The notes under the pieces are model-generated. The model was not told the DNA's origin. It ran no database searches and saw only the letters and a program-made list of their open reading frames with translations. Source: Phaeosaccion multiseriatum (Eukaryota > Protista > Ochrophyta, other classes). From it: DNA of 64,000 bases. Each line of letters starts with the position of its first letter. Position 1 is the stretch's first letter. The stretch spans positions 3,968,001 through 4,032,000 of the forward strand of contig OZ218953.1 of assembly GCA_965112735.1 (NCBI GenBank), read 5' to 3'. The position numbers and the translations under genes were made by a program. Shown piece by piece: positions 17,910 to 30,068 of the stretch.

Positions 17910-18315
17910 CTCCCCTCCCTTCCACTCCTCCTCCCCTCCCTTCCACTCCTTGTCCCCTCCCTTCCACTCCTCCTCCACTCCCTTCCACTCCTCCTCCCCT
18001 CCCTTCCACTCCTTGTCCCCTCCCTTCCACTCCTCCTCCCCTCCCTTCCACTCCTCCTCCCCTCCCTTCCACTCCTTGTCCACTCCTTTCCACTCCTTGT
18101 CCCCTCCCTTCCACTCCTTGTCCACTCCCTTCCACTCCTTGTCCCCTCCCTTCCACTCCTTGTCCACTCCCTTCCACTCCTTGTCCCCTCCCTTCCACTC
18201 CTTGTCCCCTCCCTTCCACTCCTCCTCTCCTCCTTTCCACTCCTTGTCCCCTCCCTTCCACTCCTTGTCCACTCCCTTCCACTCCTCCTCCCCTCCTTTC
18301 CACTCCTTGTCCCCT
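17910..18315. repeat. 21-bp minisatellite (CCCTTCCACTCCTTGTCCCCT variants), ~19 copies, intronic
   Basis: Visible 21-bp period. It yields the spurious KEWKGGD ORFs. Confidence 0.92.
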
Positions 18316-19355
18316 CCCTCCCTCCCTCCCTCCCTCCCTCCCTTCCCCCCCCCCTCTTACCTTGTCGAGCTCCACGTCCACCACGGTTTTATAGTTGGTC
18401 AGCCTGCGCTTGAGCTCGACATCGGATCCTCTGCTGTTGAGTTGGAGGCGATCGCACTCCTTCTGAAGCCGCTTCTTGTCCAAGCCTGATGGGTTGCCTC
18501 GCACCTTCACAATGTTGTGTCACCAGGTTGGGTCATCAGGTTGGGGGGGAGGGGGGGACGGGGGAGGGTGGTTTGAGTGTGGGTTTAGATGTTAGGGAGG
18601 GGGAGGGGGGGGCAGTGGTCCTTCTGTCTCCCAAGTAGATAGAGCAGGGCCGCACTCCCCCTCCCCCCCCCTCACGGACGGACCAAAGCCCTACAGATAA
18701 GACATGGGCGAAACATGGCAAAAGAGACAGAGGATGAGCTAAATTGCAACCCATTACTTCACACCTAAGATTACCTTGTCTTGCGCTGTCACACGTCTTC
18801 CCTGGTGCTGCTGCTGCTGCTGCCCCCACACACTGGCGCCTCCGCCTCCTCCTCCTCCTCCGCCTCCGCCTCCGCCTCCTCCTCTGCGAGTGGTGTATCC
18901 CTGACGTTGTTGTTCGTCCTCGAAGTCGTCATCCTCCTCGCCGCCCTCCTGCCCCTCTTCATATGCATCGCTACTGTCCCCCCCCCCCCCCTCCTCCTCC
19001 GCCTCCTCCGCCTCCTCCGCCTCGCTCCCTGCGTGGTCATTCCTATCCCACTGGCCACAGTTGCCGCCCGGTCTTGCCCTCTTTCGAGACAAAGGAAGAT
19101 TAGGAGCAAGGCTGGCGCCGGACTCCTCGGTTTGTTGGTCGCTGCCGCCCGTCTTCTTTCTCTTCTCAGCCCCGTTGCCCTTCCCCCTTTCTTCTTCTTC
19201 TTCCTGAGCAGCTTCTCCCGAGCCTCAACCAACATGTGTCACTTGAGCTCAATGAAGTTGGCCGTGAAGAACTCCAGCACCCTATTGTTCAATCGAAAGA
19301 GGACAAAGCCAAGCACAAAGGCGTCTGGAGGGGAGAGAGGAGAGAGGAACACACA

Positions 19356-19395
<40 letters not shown>

Positions 19396-19763
19396 TTGAC
19401 GAAAGAGGCCCATCAGATCTCTGAGAGCCTGCCTGCCTGCCTGGCTCACACCTTCAGCCCTCCCCCCTCCCCTGCCTAGCTCACACCTTCAGACCCTGAC
19501 CGCCCACGGGGTTTTTGCACGCGGGGCACTTGGCATTCGAGAGGGACTTGTCCTTCAGGTACGTGCGGATGCACTTGGCGCAGAAGGAGTGCTCGCAGGC
19601 CAGCACCATGGGCGTCTTGTACTCTTCCGTGCAAATGGCTCTGTTCAGTTGTGTCGGTGTGTGCGTGTGTGAGAAGAGAGAAAAAAGAAGGAAAGGAGAG
19701 CAGAGAAGATTTTCCCCACGCACCAAGTGAGCTCACTCTGCCACTCCTGCATGGCTCGGCGGA

Positions 19764-19823
19764 TGGGCTCCAAGGGTACTTAAAGTAAACAACCTTGTTT
19801 ACTTTAAGTACCCTTGTGGGCTC
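19764..19823. mobile_element. 46-bp TIR-only miniature DNA-transposon relic with 7-bp TSD
   Basis: tgggctc (19764-19770) + caagggtacttaaagtaaacaa + cc + ttgtttactttaagtacccttg (19771-19816, perfect 22-bp inverted repeat) + tgggctc (19817-19823). Confidence 0.8.
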
Positions 19824-19953
19824 AATGGAGAGAACGAGAAGGGTGCGATTGACAGCGATTTGAGGAAGTTGTTGACTTAATTACTCGGATGCCATTAACC
19901 CCCCCCCCCCTCTCATCTCCTCTCTCTCTCTTTCTCTACCCTCCAGGCCCTCC

Positions 19954-21213
19954 ATGTCTTGTATACGGGCTTTGTCCCGAAGACGGAGTAGTAGTTGCAG
20001 CAGCAGGTTTGTCGGACCTGTCCAAAAGAAGCACACAGATGCCCCACAGTGGCAGCCGCAGAGTTTTTACGCTGCGAAGAGGTGGAGGGTGCTCGGCAGT
20101 ATGCGCAGCATCAGTAGTAGCAACAGTAGCGGCAGCAGCAGCAGTAGTAGTAGCAACAGCAGCGGCGGTAGTACCAATATCAGGAGAAGCAGGCTTGAGG
20201 ACATGAAGAAGCAACAGGAAGAGGAGGACGCTCCCATGCCGGAGGGGGCGTGGGATAGGGTCAAATGGCTACGAACCAAGACGAAGACCATGTGGAAGCG
20301 ATACGGATTAGTATCAATCGGTGTGTACTGGACTATGTACGTGGGCGAAGCGGGCGCGTGCTTCTTTCTCTTCGACACTGGGTAAGTTTTTGGGGAGTAG
20401 CCAAGCTGGGAGAGGCAGAGGAAGAAAAGTAGGGCGCGCGGGGAGCGGGGAGGGGGTCAAGAGGGGGTGTGAAAGGGGTGGCAAGCCAGCATCAGCATTG
20501 TGTGATTCGCCCTCACGCTCGCTTCCTCACCACCTCCGTTGCTCCCGCGCTTTTCCCCTCTCGATGCGCTGCCCAGTCTGGTGGAACTACCAGCCTTCGA
20601 CCCAATACCGTACATTGATACCACCATCACGGGCATGTCCAACATCATGGGCCCTCTCATGGGAGCGGGGGAGGGGCAGGCGGAGCAGATGGCGGCCGAG
20701 TATTCGGGTCGTCTTCGTCAGGTGGTGCAGGACAATCCACAGGCGAAGAACGCCATGTACGCCTTCGGTACGTGGATCAATCGAATTCCTCGTCCCGAAG
20801 TATTCACGCACACGTTCGGCCGGAAGAAGGCTGCCAACCCCTCTTCCCCCGTCCCAACCCCTCGCCCCGAAGGATGAAGATGGGGCTTTTCCCGGGCCTT
20901 CTATACTACTTGGATGTGCTGATGTCCGTGCTGCTGCTTCTCCTCCCCCCCATTCACCCCCCCCCCCATCTCAGGTATAACCGAGCTGTCTGAGCTGGTC
21001 CGGTACCCACTGGTGATTCTACTCACCCCGGCAGTAGCTCGTGCCTTGGGAAGAGCGCCTCCCAAGGGCGGCTCCACCAGCACAGGCAGGCCCGTGGCGC
21101 TGGAGAATCCCAGGGAGGTGGCTCAGAGGAAGAAGGAGGAACAGCGGGTATTGAAGGCTGAGGCGGCCGCCGCAGCCGCAGTAGGAGGAGAGCAGGGGGG
21201 AGCAAAAACATGA
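19954..21213 (+). CDS. FAM210/DUF1279-like protein, probably mitochondrial, 3 exons
   Basis: WKRYGLVSIGVYWTMY and ITELSELVRYPLVILLTPAVAR fit the DUF1279 pattern; Arg/Ser-rich N-terminus. Introns 20382-20576 and 20768-20974 are GT-AG and in frame. Confidence 0.72.
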
Positions 21214-21447
21214 GAAGGAGGAGCAGACAAGTCAGCAGAGAGGAGATAGCGAAGGGGGCGCCTCCCTTCCCGTCTTGCTCAAACAAACTAGAGTCTTTTT
21301 TTTTTTTAAATGGGTTTTTGCTATTCCCGTTGCAACCAAGTATTCTATTGTGCCTCGCGCCGTGCTTTCCTCCAACTACATACGAGACGCTATTCCCAGC
21401 GCCAGCTTTCTACACTTTACCCCCCCCCCCCCCCCCTCCTCCTCTCT

Positions 21448-22714
21448 TCACCGGTCCCCCCCTTTCAAAGGTTCCACGGTATCCACCAAAACCAGGCTCT
21501 GGTGCCCATCCTCGCTCTGCTCCTCCAACTCCCTTCTCCCCCGCAGGTGATACTCCTTCCCCTCCTCCTCGTTGAACATCCCCCCTGCGCCCCTCCCTCC
21601 CCTTGCTCCTCCTTTTCTCCGCGGTGGGGTGCCTTTGTTGGGGCCATTCTTGGTCCCACCCCTGCGTGTGGACTGATGGCCGTTACCTCCTGTTATGCCG
21701 CCGTTCCCAAGACCATCCCTCTGCATTCCCTCCATAGTGTTGCTGTAGTACCCACTGCCGGGACTGCCGCTGCCCTGAAGGTATCCATTCGACCCCGCTG
21801 CGTCACCGGAGTCTAACCCGGCACTCCACAGCATCTCCCGGATGTCTTCATGCCAGCACACTGCGCGGAGAGAGAGAGAGAGAGAGACGATAAATGGATT
21901 GAGGGTTCAGTTGCCTTGCTGCTACAACACTACAGTCCCCAATACTTCCCCTGGCCGCACTACTCTTGCCCTCTCCGCCATCCACTACTCAATGCTCACA
22001 CACCTTCTGCTGGGGTGTGGTGGCCGTTGTTCCTGGCCAGCGGGTCTGCGCCGCGCATGAGGAGTGCTTTCATGGTGTCTCTTTGACCCCACCTGTTGGA
22101 AAAGCCGACCGAGCAACACAGCAGGGAAAGAGATCAATCCACTGCCTCGAAGACGCCTGAACAACAGAAGCGCTGCTGTACACACAGACAAGCATCCTCG
22201 TCACCGCGTCCACCATCATTTCAAATGTCCCTCTGCTCAGCGACTGCCCACCTGGCGGCATGATGACAAGCCGTATCCCCGTCATCATCTTTGTTCTCGA
22301 TGTCTACTTCGCCTGTGTCTAAAAGGGCCAGCAGGCAGGACACGCGCCCTCTCTGTGCGTGGAGGTAGAGCAAGGTAGAAGAGAGAGGTGAGGAGAAAAT
22401 AGAGGGAGATGAGAAGTAGGGGAAAGAAGACACAGAGGTTCCTCTCCAGACATTTGCGCTGCACAGGTTACTAAACATCTTCGCACCTGAGCTGCAAAGT
22501 GAACTCCGCTGGGATGCGGGCTTCGGGGGCTCCGGCTATGGACCAAGGAGGGCTGCTGAGAGAGACCCTGCCTCAAGAGCTCTGTTTCTCCGTCAGCTAT
22601 AAGCCTCAGAATCTTCTCACCGCTGGTGGACAGGGGGTTATGGTATTGGCCACCATAGCTTAGAAAGTCACCAGGCTGCTGTTGCTGATGCTGCTCCTCG
22701 TGCGCGCGGAACAT
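21448..22714 (-). CDS. Ankyrin-repeat protein, 4 exons
   Basis: Spliced product contains VHFAAQ|RGRVSCLLALLDTGEVDIENKDDDGDTACHHAAR|WGQRDTMKALLMRGADPLARNNGHHTPAE, joined through GT-AG introns. Confidence 0.8.
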
Positions 22715-22989
22715 GATCCGCCGTTGCTATCGTCGCTACCTTGTTGCTGTTGCTGCTGTGGCACTACTGCTGCCCCTCCTCCTGTCGTACTGCTTTCTTG
22801 TCGTTGAGGATTCCATGAAGAAGTCAACGGCGTCCCTCTTCTTTCTGTTCCATGACGAAGATGAGTGGCACCATGGCAAGGAAGGGAGAAGTCGGAGTTA
22901 CGGTGGAATGTTCCGTTCAAAAAAAGGGGGACAACGCTCACGATCCACCGTTGCACAACAAGTCTCTCGCCCTCTCTATCTACATCTAT

Positions 22990-22994
<5 letters not shown>

Positions 22995-23054
<60 letters not shown>

Positions 23055-23063
23055 CTCGCTCTC

Positions 23064-23099
<36 letters not shown>

Positions 23100-23185
23100 G
23101 CTCTCTCTCGTCTCTTCTCCCCCCCCACCTCTCTCTCTCCTTCTCTCACCTCTCCTCTCTCCCTCTCTCTCTATCTCGCTCTCTC
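22995..23185. repeat. (CT)n microsatellite / polypyrimidine tract
   Basis: Directly visible. Confidence 0.95.
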
Positions 23186-23904
23186 TACTTCCCACGCAGC
23201 AAATAAAAGAGTTGAGGGGTAGTCGAGGGGGTAGGGAGGGGAGTCGGCGGACGGGAATTTGTTGACTTTTACAACCCTTACGTATGCTCTTGGGGGGGTA
23301 GAGAGGTGCAAACGTCCGCTGCCATCTGTCTACTCATTTTTTTTTGTTTTTTGTGCATTTGCCCATTTTTTCATTCAGCCCTCCGATCACCCCTTCCCTC
23401 CCGTGCATGGTTTCTCTGGCCCCTGATAGCCAGAAGCCAGCGCGACAGTAGCGAGAAGCGTCCATTTGACGTGGTGCATCACCCCTTGACTTGGTGCATC
23501 ACCCCTCCCCACCTGGCTGGTTGCTGCACTATTGCACAAGGTAGCACAGGGGGAAGCAGTACTCTGGAGCTGTTCATCTGAGGGTGTGGGGAGAACTAGC
23601 ATACATCGATATGTACCAGGCGGACTCGCGAGAGTTAGCCGTGTGTGTGTGTCTGTGTGTCTCCATGCGTGTGTGTGGGTGCGTGCGTGACAGCTGGTGA
23701 AGTGAGCCCGAGAAGCCACAAGCCACAAGCCAGAGGTGGCCTACGGCCAGCCAGAGAAACCATACACAGGGCGAAATTCATCGAGCGCCAGCGGGGTGGC
23801 TCACGTATCCCCTCTCAGGGGGGTTGCTAATGTTGGCGTCAGCCGGCTTGTACCGGGCCCTGGAATAAGCGCAAGTGAATGAGATGAGTTGAAAGTTGAG
23901 TACG

Positions 23905-24207
23905 TGAGTGAGTGAGCGAGTGGGTGAGTGAGTGAGTGAGTGAGTGAGTGAGTGAGGGAGTGAGTGAGTGAGGGAGTTAGGGAATGAGGGAGGGAGGGAG
24001 GGAGGGAGGGAGGGAGGGAGGGAGGGAGGGAGGGAGGGAGGGAGGGAGGGAGGGAGGGAGGGAGGGAGGGAGGGAGGGAGGGAGGGAGGGAGGGAGGGAG
24101 GGAGGGAGGGAGGGAGGGAGGGAGGGAGGGAGGGAGGGAGGGAGGGAGGGAGGGAGGGAGGGAGGGAGGGAGGGAGGGAGGGAGGGAGGGAGGGAGGGAG
24201 GGAGGGA
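23905..24207. repeat. Compound (GAGT)n + (GGGA)n microsatellite
   Basis: GAGT units at 23905-23970, then ~55 perfect GGGA units. Confidence 0.97.
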
Positions 24208-24331
24208 GATTGGGGCAGGGAGTGGTCCAAAGTCTGGTCTGGGACCGAAGCTCTGACCGTGTGGCCTTTAACACAGAAGTCAAGAGTGTAGTCTGGGGTC
24301 GAAGCTCTGACCGAGTGGGTGGCCTTCGTGT

Positions 24332-25432
24332 TCAAATATTCTTTACGTCCAGGCCCGCGTCGGCTCTCGATTGGACATCGCCCACTAGCACGTTCCAGGG
24401 GGGAAGACCCGAGCTGCGAGTGCTGATCCTGCCGTTCTTCTTGATGACCAAAGACAAGCCTTTGTCAAAGGGGTCGTCAATACCCTGCTTGATGGCGGCC
24501 TTAAACTCCAGGTCCACCCACTTTTGCCACCCATTGAGCACCACAGGAAGAGCAACGTGCGGCTGTCCAAGGACCATATTGTCCTCCTCAAAGGAGCTCT
24601 CTTCCCCAGTGGCCACTACCCCCTCCTCCCCCACTTTCTTGACCACCACGGGCACACACACAATATCACAGCTGGACAGTTCCTTCGAGAGTTGGCTTGC
24701 TTTCACAAGCGATTCCTGGACCCTCTCCTTAACACCAACCACGAGAACAACCCGCTTATCTCTTCCTCTGTCTCGCCGAAGGGCAGAGAGTGGAACGGTT
24801 GCTGCATCCCCGTCTAACTGGAGCCTCACATTCAATGACGCCAGCATTGCCCCTACCTCCATCCTCTCTAAGCGATTAGCTTTTGCGTCCATGTCTCTCT
24901 TCAAAAGCAAGCCGCTTCCAACAAACGCCCCCAAATCGATTGCAAGGTTCGTCAGCAGCTCACTCTCTGTCTGACCTTGACTCACACCTCCGTAGAGCGC
25001 AATGAGGCGCGTGAAAGACACAAGGAAGCCAATCAGGGAAGAGGCGGCGGCCGAGGCGCAGAAAAAGACGCGCACCGATCTGAAGGGCGACTCAGCTTCG
25101 GCCCGGAGCCTTCTCGCCCTTTCCTTCTCAAAATCGCTGTCCCGAGCCGCCATCCCCAGCGGCCTCAGACCGAAGCCTCTGCATCTGCTGTCACTGACGC
25201 CAATTCCCCTGCACCTGCTGCCACTACTTCTGCCCGCCTCTAAAGCTGCACCAAATCTAGTCAAGGAAAAGTCGCCAGAAGCCGTCGCCGAGCCTGCCAA
25301 TGATGCTGATGGCACGCCAAGCGCGAAGGGCTGTGTGTGCGGCGTAAAGGCAAAGGCATCCGTGAGAGAGAAGAGAACGGAGAGGACAAGCACGCAGACT
25401 TGTGCTCTTGCCGCGATTCCATCAGCCCCCAT
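24332..25432 (-). CDS. LPA1: LOW PSII ACCUMULATION 1-like (DUF3493) thylakoid protein, intronless
   Basis: ARRLRAEAESPFRSVRVFF, NLAIDLGA, KKNGRI..R..GLPPW. Signal peptide ending TDA-FAF suggests bipartite plastid targeting. Confidence 0.85.
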   Translation of the reverse strand: MGADGIAARAQVCVLVLSVLFSLTDAFAFTPHTQPFALGVPSASLAGSATASGDFSLTRFGAALEAGRSSGSRCRGIGVSDSRCRGFGLRPLGMAARDSDFEKERARRLRAEAESPFRSVRVFFCASAAASSLIGFLVSFTRLIALYGGVSQGQTESELLTNLAIDLGAFVGSGLLLKRDMDAKANRLERMEVGAMLASLNVRLQLDGDAATVPLSALRRDRGRDKRVVLVVGVKERVQESLVKASQLSKELSSCDIVCVPVVVKKVGEEGVVATGEESSFEEDNMVLGQPHVALPVVLNGWQKWVDLEFKAAIKQGIDDPFDKGLSLVIKKNGRISTRSSGLPPWNVLVGDVQSRADAGLDVKNI

Positions 25433-25824
25433 GATTCCTCCCTGGCTCTGCTGCAAGTTTGCACACTTGGTCCTTCGCAATGAGAGTTGCCTGGACGCAA
25501 AAGCCGGCCCTTTTGCGCCTTTTGGAGACAGAAAAGAGAAGACACAGGGGGCAATTAAAGCCGCAAGTCGCCCAGAAAGAGAGAGCTGGAACCGGAGAAC
25601 TCAACCCCTGGGCCCGTACTCAGCTCTCCTCAGTGTGCAATACGATAGGAAGGGAAAGAGGTGAAGACTGAAAAAAAACACGTAGGTAGGCTTCCGCCAA
25701 CACGTGACCTTCGTTGGGCTTCCCTTGGGGTATCCCAACCACGCCCACCTGAGGCTGCTTTCACCCCCTCTGCCCCAATAAAGACCCCCCTCTGCCCCAT
25801 TTCTTTCTTCTCTCTCAGCCCGCC

Positions 25825-28800
25825 ATGGACTGGAAGCTGAAGATCTTGTCGGGCGTAGTAGTTCTTGACGTCCTGTTGTCTGTCGTTTTCCTCTCTGCGA
25901 GCAATCAGTCATGGGACAACGTGAACATCAAAGACCACTTCGACCATGATGTTGGGGATGTTGCCTTGCTGACCGTGTGTCGGGGCTTGCTGGTGCTTCT
26001 CGTGACATCTTTGGCGGCTGGGCCTGGTCTTCTCGCGGGAGTGCTGGTTAGTGTAGGTGCATTTGCCTACAGTTGCGCTAAGGCCGCCGAGCTCGACGAT
26101 TGGAGTGGCCTTCAGAGCGGGGTGGTTATATCCGCAATCGGTACGCAAAACCATACCTTTTAGCCTCCATCCCCCCCCTCGCACTATGCCTGAACCCCCC
26201 TGTTGTCTGCATCAGAAGGACGGACAAACTACGCGAGAGTCACTCACTCCCCGCCCCCCTCCCCCACTCACTCACTCACTCACTCACTGCCTCCATACCT
26301 CCGGTCACGGTCGTCTATCCCTCCCGTGTGTGTGTGACAGTGGCAAGTTCGAGTCAATCACACGACCCGTGGCCTCTGTCTTTCTCTCTGCCTTGCGTTG
26401 CGGCCATTAACGGGCTGGACTCCTCCCCTCCCCCTCTACCCACCCCACCCGCACCCCCAAACCCCCCATCCCCAACTTGCAGTGGGGTCAGCCATTGAAG
26501 CGTCGCTATTGGCCACAACGTATTACCTGCACGAGGAGGAGGAGAGGGTCGAGGCGAGCAAGGTTGCTATGGCAGACGCGGAAGGAGGCCCCGCCTCACT
26601 CAACGCACCTCTTCTCGAGCAGGATGAGGAAGGAGGGAAGGAAGGAAAAGACACAAACCAGCAAAAAAGCGGGGCAAATGGGTCCAAATCTGTGACTTTC
26701 TCAAGGTGGGTGGAAATAGAGCCGAGGCTGAGGCAAGCATTGAATGCTCTGCATGTGCGTGTGTGTCGTACGTGTCCTCCCTCTTTCCCCCCTCAAGACA
26801 CGTATGGAAGTGGTTCCAAGGCCTCGCGTCTTGACCGACTCTGTTTTGAGGCTGTACCATATGTCCCAAACCCCCCACCCCACCCCCCCCCCCTGCCTCC
26901 ACAGGCTGATGGGCTTAGCCAAACCAGAGCGTAAGATCCTTTTGGTCGCCACCATGGCTCTGCTGTTCAGCACCCTCTCAAACTTGGGTAAGGCACACTA
27001 CAGGCAGAGGGAGTGGAGTTGGACGTGTATGCTCAACTCCGTCGGGTGGAGTCTCTGATACTGATGCGGTCAAGGGAGTGGGCCTCATTCGCCCCATTCA
27101 CCTGCCCACCCCCCTCGCCGCCACCCGTCCTCCCACCTACCCCACCGACCCATCTCACCCACCCATGCCCACCAACCCCTTCCTACTTGCCTCTAAGCGT
27201 CTTTGTGACCTTTGCGCAATCTTACAGAGGCAGAGCCATGCCATTGAGAGGCACGATGGTCACAAGTCAGCAAACCCTTTTGTCCTTCGTGGCTGTTGCC
27301 TCTGCTGTGGCAATCGTTGTCTACTGACTGTTTTCCACCCCCACCTCCCTTGTCGCCCTCTGTCCCCCCTACCCCCCCTTCCCCAGCCATCCCGTCCTTC
27401 ATCGGTCAGCTCATTGACGGCGTGGTGGAGTCTGACGACCGCGGTCGCCTCGACCGCAGCTGCCTCATCCTTCTCCTTGTTTTCGTCGTGGGCAGCATCT
27501 TCACCTCCGTCCGAGGGGTGCTGTTCAACTACAGCGGAGAGCGCCTCGTCAAGCGCCTCCGCGTGCAGCTGTTTCAGTCCATCTCGTGCATGGATATGGC
27601 TTGGTTTGACGAGCAAAAGACAGGGGAACTTATGAACAGACTCAGCTCGGACACCACGGTGGTTCAGAACGCCGCGACAGTCAACATTAGCATGGGGCTT
27701 CGGAGCTTGGCATCGGTGTTGTTGAGTATGATCCTGCTCTTCTTCACCTCATGGCGCCTATCGCTGGTCATGATGGCCGTGGTGCCGCTCATCGTTGGGG
27801 CCACTCGCGTGTACGGCGCCTTTGCCAAGGGCATTTCGAAGAACTATCAAAACGCGCTGGCGGGTTCTGCAGAGGTTGCTTCGGAGGCCCTGGGTAGTGT
27901 CAGGACTGTGCGCTCCTTCGGCGCCGAGCCTCGAGAGATGAGAAGATATGCCAACAAGGTGGAGCAGTCGTATGCTCTCGGAGTCAAGAAGGCCTGCGCT
28001 TACGGTGTCTTCATGGGCGGCGTGGGGCTGCTTGCCTACCTGGTAAGCAGATTCCTCCTCCGTCCTTTCCCCTTCTCTCACCCCCAGTGCTCGGTATACA
28101 TCCCTAAACCCTTACCTCGTTGCTGCTACTCGTGGTACTGCAATGATCACGACCCCGTCTTCTTTGCCATTCCCTGCTTTCACTCTGGCCCACACCCATG
28201 TCTACTTTGTTCACCTTCTCCACCCACGCTTGCTGCCACCCTTGCTGCTTTGTCCTTGTCGACACACCACCACTGCCTCTTCCACTGTTGTTCTTAACTC
28301 TGCCAGTTGTTGCAACCACACCTCCTCGCTGTTATGTGCCCCTATCGTTCACAATCCCTCCTCCCCCTCGCCACTGCCAAAGGCCATGTTATGCGTGCTC
28401 TGGTACGGCGGGCGGCTGGTGCTCAAGGACCAGCTGTCTGCAGGCAGCCTCACCGCCTTCTTGCTGTACACCGTGTACATCGCCACGGGCCTGGGCACGC
28501 TGTCGGGGCTCTTCAGCGAGTTCATGACTGCGCTCGGAGCGTCGGAGAGGGTGAGTGAGTGAGTGAGTGAGTGCGTGCGTGGATGGGTGCGTGGGTTGGG
28601 CGGCCGTCGTCGGGTGGCAAGGGGCGAACTCCCCCCCCTTCCTCACACTGTGCCTCTGCTTCTTCCACCCTCTTGTTCGCTCTCAGGTTTTCGAATTGAT
28701 AGACCGCAGACCTGCGGTGCCCATCAGCGGTGGCCTCACGCCCGCCACTCCTCCCATCGGGCACCTTGTCTTTGAGAATGTGAGCTTCTCTTACCCCGCC

Positions 28801-30068
28801 CGGCCGGACGTGGAGGTCCTCAAAGACTTCTCCCTCAACATACGGCCCAGAGAAACTGTGGCCTTGGTGGGGCACAGCGGGGCGGGCAAGTCCACAGTGC
28901 TGTCTCTGTTAGAGCGCTTCTACGACGTGTCGGGCGGCAGGTGAGTGGACAAGAGAAGGAAAGAACCGCCTCCCGTCCTTTTCTTTACCTTACTCCGTCC
29001 CTTCCTCCCTCCCTCCCTCCCTCGCCTCAGGATCCTTATGGACGGCTACGATGTTTCAGAGCTGGACCCCGTGTGGCTGCGGTCCACCATCTCCCTGGTG
29101 CAGCAGGAGCCAGTGCTGTTCAGTGGTTCGGTTTTGGACAACATTTGCTATGGGTGCTTTAGTAGAGAGACAGGTCTTCCTCGGCAGATTTCTCGAGAAG
29201 CAGTGGAAGGTACGACGACAGAACAGATGTGTCGACATTTGGCACTGGCCCTTTCTTGACTTGTCCTCTCTTCTCCTTCTTTTGCTTCCTGTCTGGCAGA
29301 GGCGGCGGCACTGGCACATTGTCACGACTTCATCATGGACTTCCCTGACGGTTACGACACCATGATTGGAGAAAGAGGGGTGCGTCTAAGCGGGGGCCAA
29401 AAGCAAAGGTACGCTCGAGGGCTAGGTACATGCTGCATTCATTTGCTCCGCATCTCACGCCACCTCTCCACGCGTCTGGTGGCCCCTCGACATCAACAGG
29501 GTGGCAATAGCCCGCGCGCTGCTCGTGAACCCTCGCTTCCTGCTATTGGACGAGGCGACGAGCGCGCTTGATGCAGAGTCGGAACACTTGGTGCAGCAGG
29601 CGATTGAAACAATCATGCGCGACCGAACGACCATCGTCATCGCTCACAGGCTCAGCACTATTAGGGTGAGGTGCACCCACTCCCGCACTCGCACTCACTC
29701 ATTCACTCACTCACGAAGGCACACACACATCCACACACAAAAATACTCTTTCAGAACGCAGACAAGATCGTCGTCTTCTCGCAAGGGCGCATCAAGGCAA
29801 TTGGCAGACACGCCGAGCTCTTGGAGACAAGCAAGGTAAAAACAACGCGCCCAGTATGAATTATTTAGCCTGCTTTCAGTCTCCTGGCTTCTTGCTGATG
29901 CATTGCTCCCCGCCGCTGTCGCCACTGCTCTGCTGCCTCTCCCAACAGGTGTACAAGAAGCTCGTGCAGAGACAGTTGCAAGTGGAGGCAGTGGAGGAGG
30001 AGGGGGGGGGGGAGGAGAAGGAGCAGGACTCGATTGTCAAAGGCTCCCCAGACTCAACGGGTGATTAA
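25825..30068 (+). CDS. ABCB half-transporter (TAP-like / ABCB9-type) with extra N-terminal TM domain, 11 exons
   Basis: [18 protein letters not shown]; Walker [10 protein letters not shown]; Q-loop VQQEPVLF; signature LSGGQKQR; Walker [12 protein letters not shown]; IAHRLST. All 10 introns are GT-AG and in frame. Confidence 0.93.

Larger units (their letters stand above)
15519..19752 (-). pseudogene. RAD18: RAD18-like RING E3 ligase (RING + SAP + C-terminal RanBP2/NZF zinc finger), disrupted
   Basis: RING ELT*AICTEEYKTPMVLACEHSFCAKCIRTYL...CPAC. SAP-like LDKKRLQKECDRLQLNSRGSDVELKRRL. NZF WDCTTCTLHNPLTSKNCEICG. Lesions: TGA at RING Cys1 across intron 19723-19641, TGA at 19241-19239, and frameshifts near 19225, 17280 and 17072. 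Confidence 0.7.

Noticed and set aside
17628-18510. KEWKGGD / PPFHSLS repeat ORFs; CRISPR-like appearance
   Set aside because: Intronic 21-bp tandem minisatellite without unique spacers, in a eukaryotic context with no cas genes.
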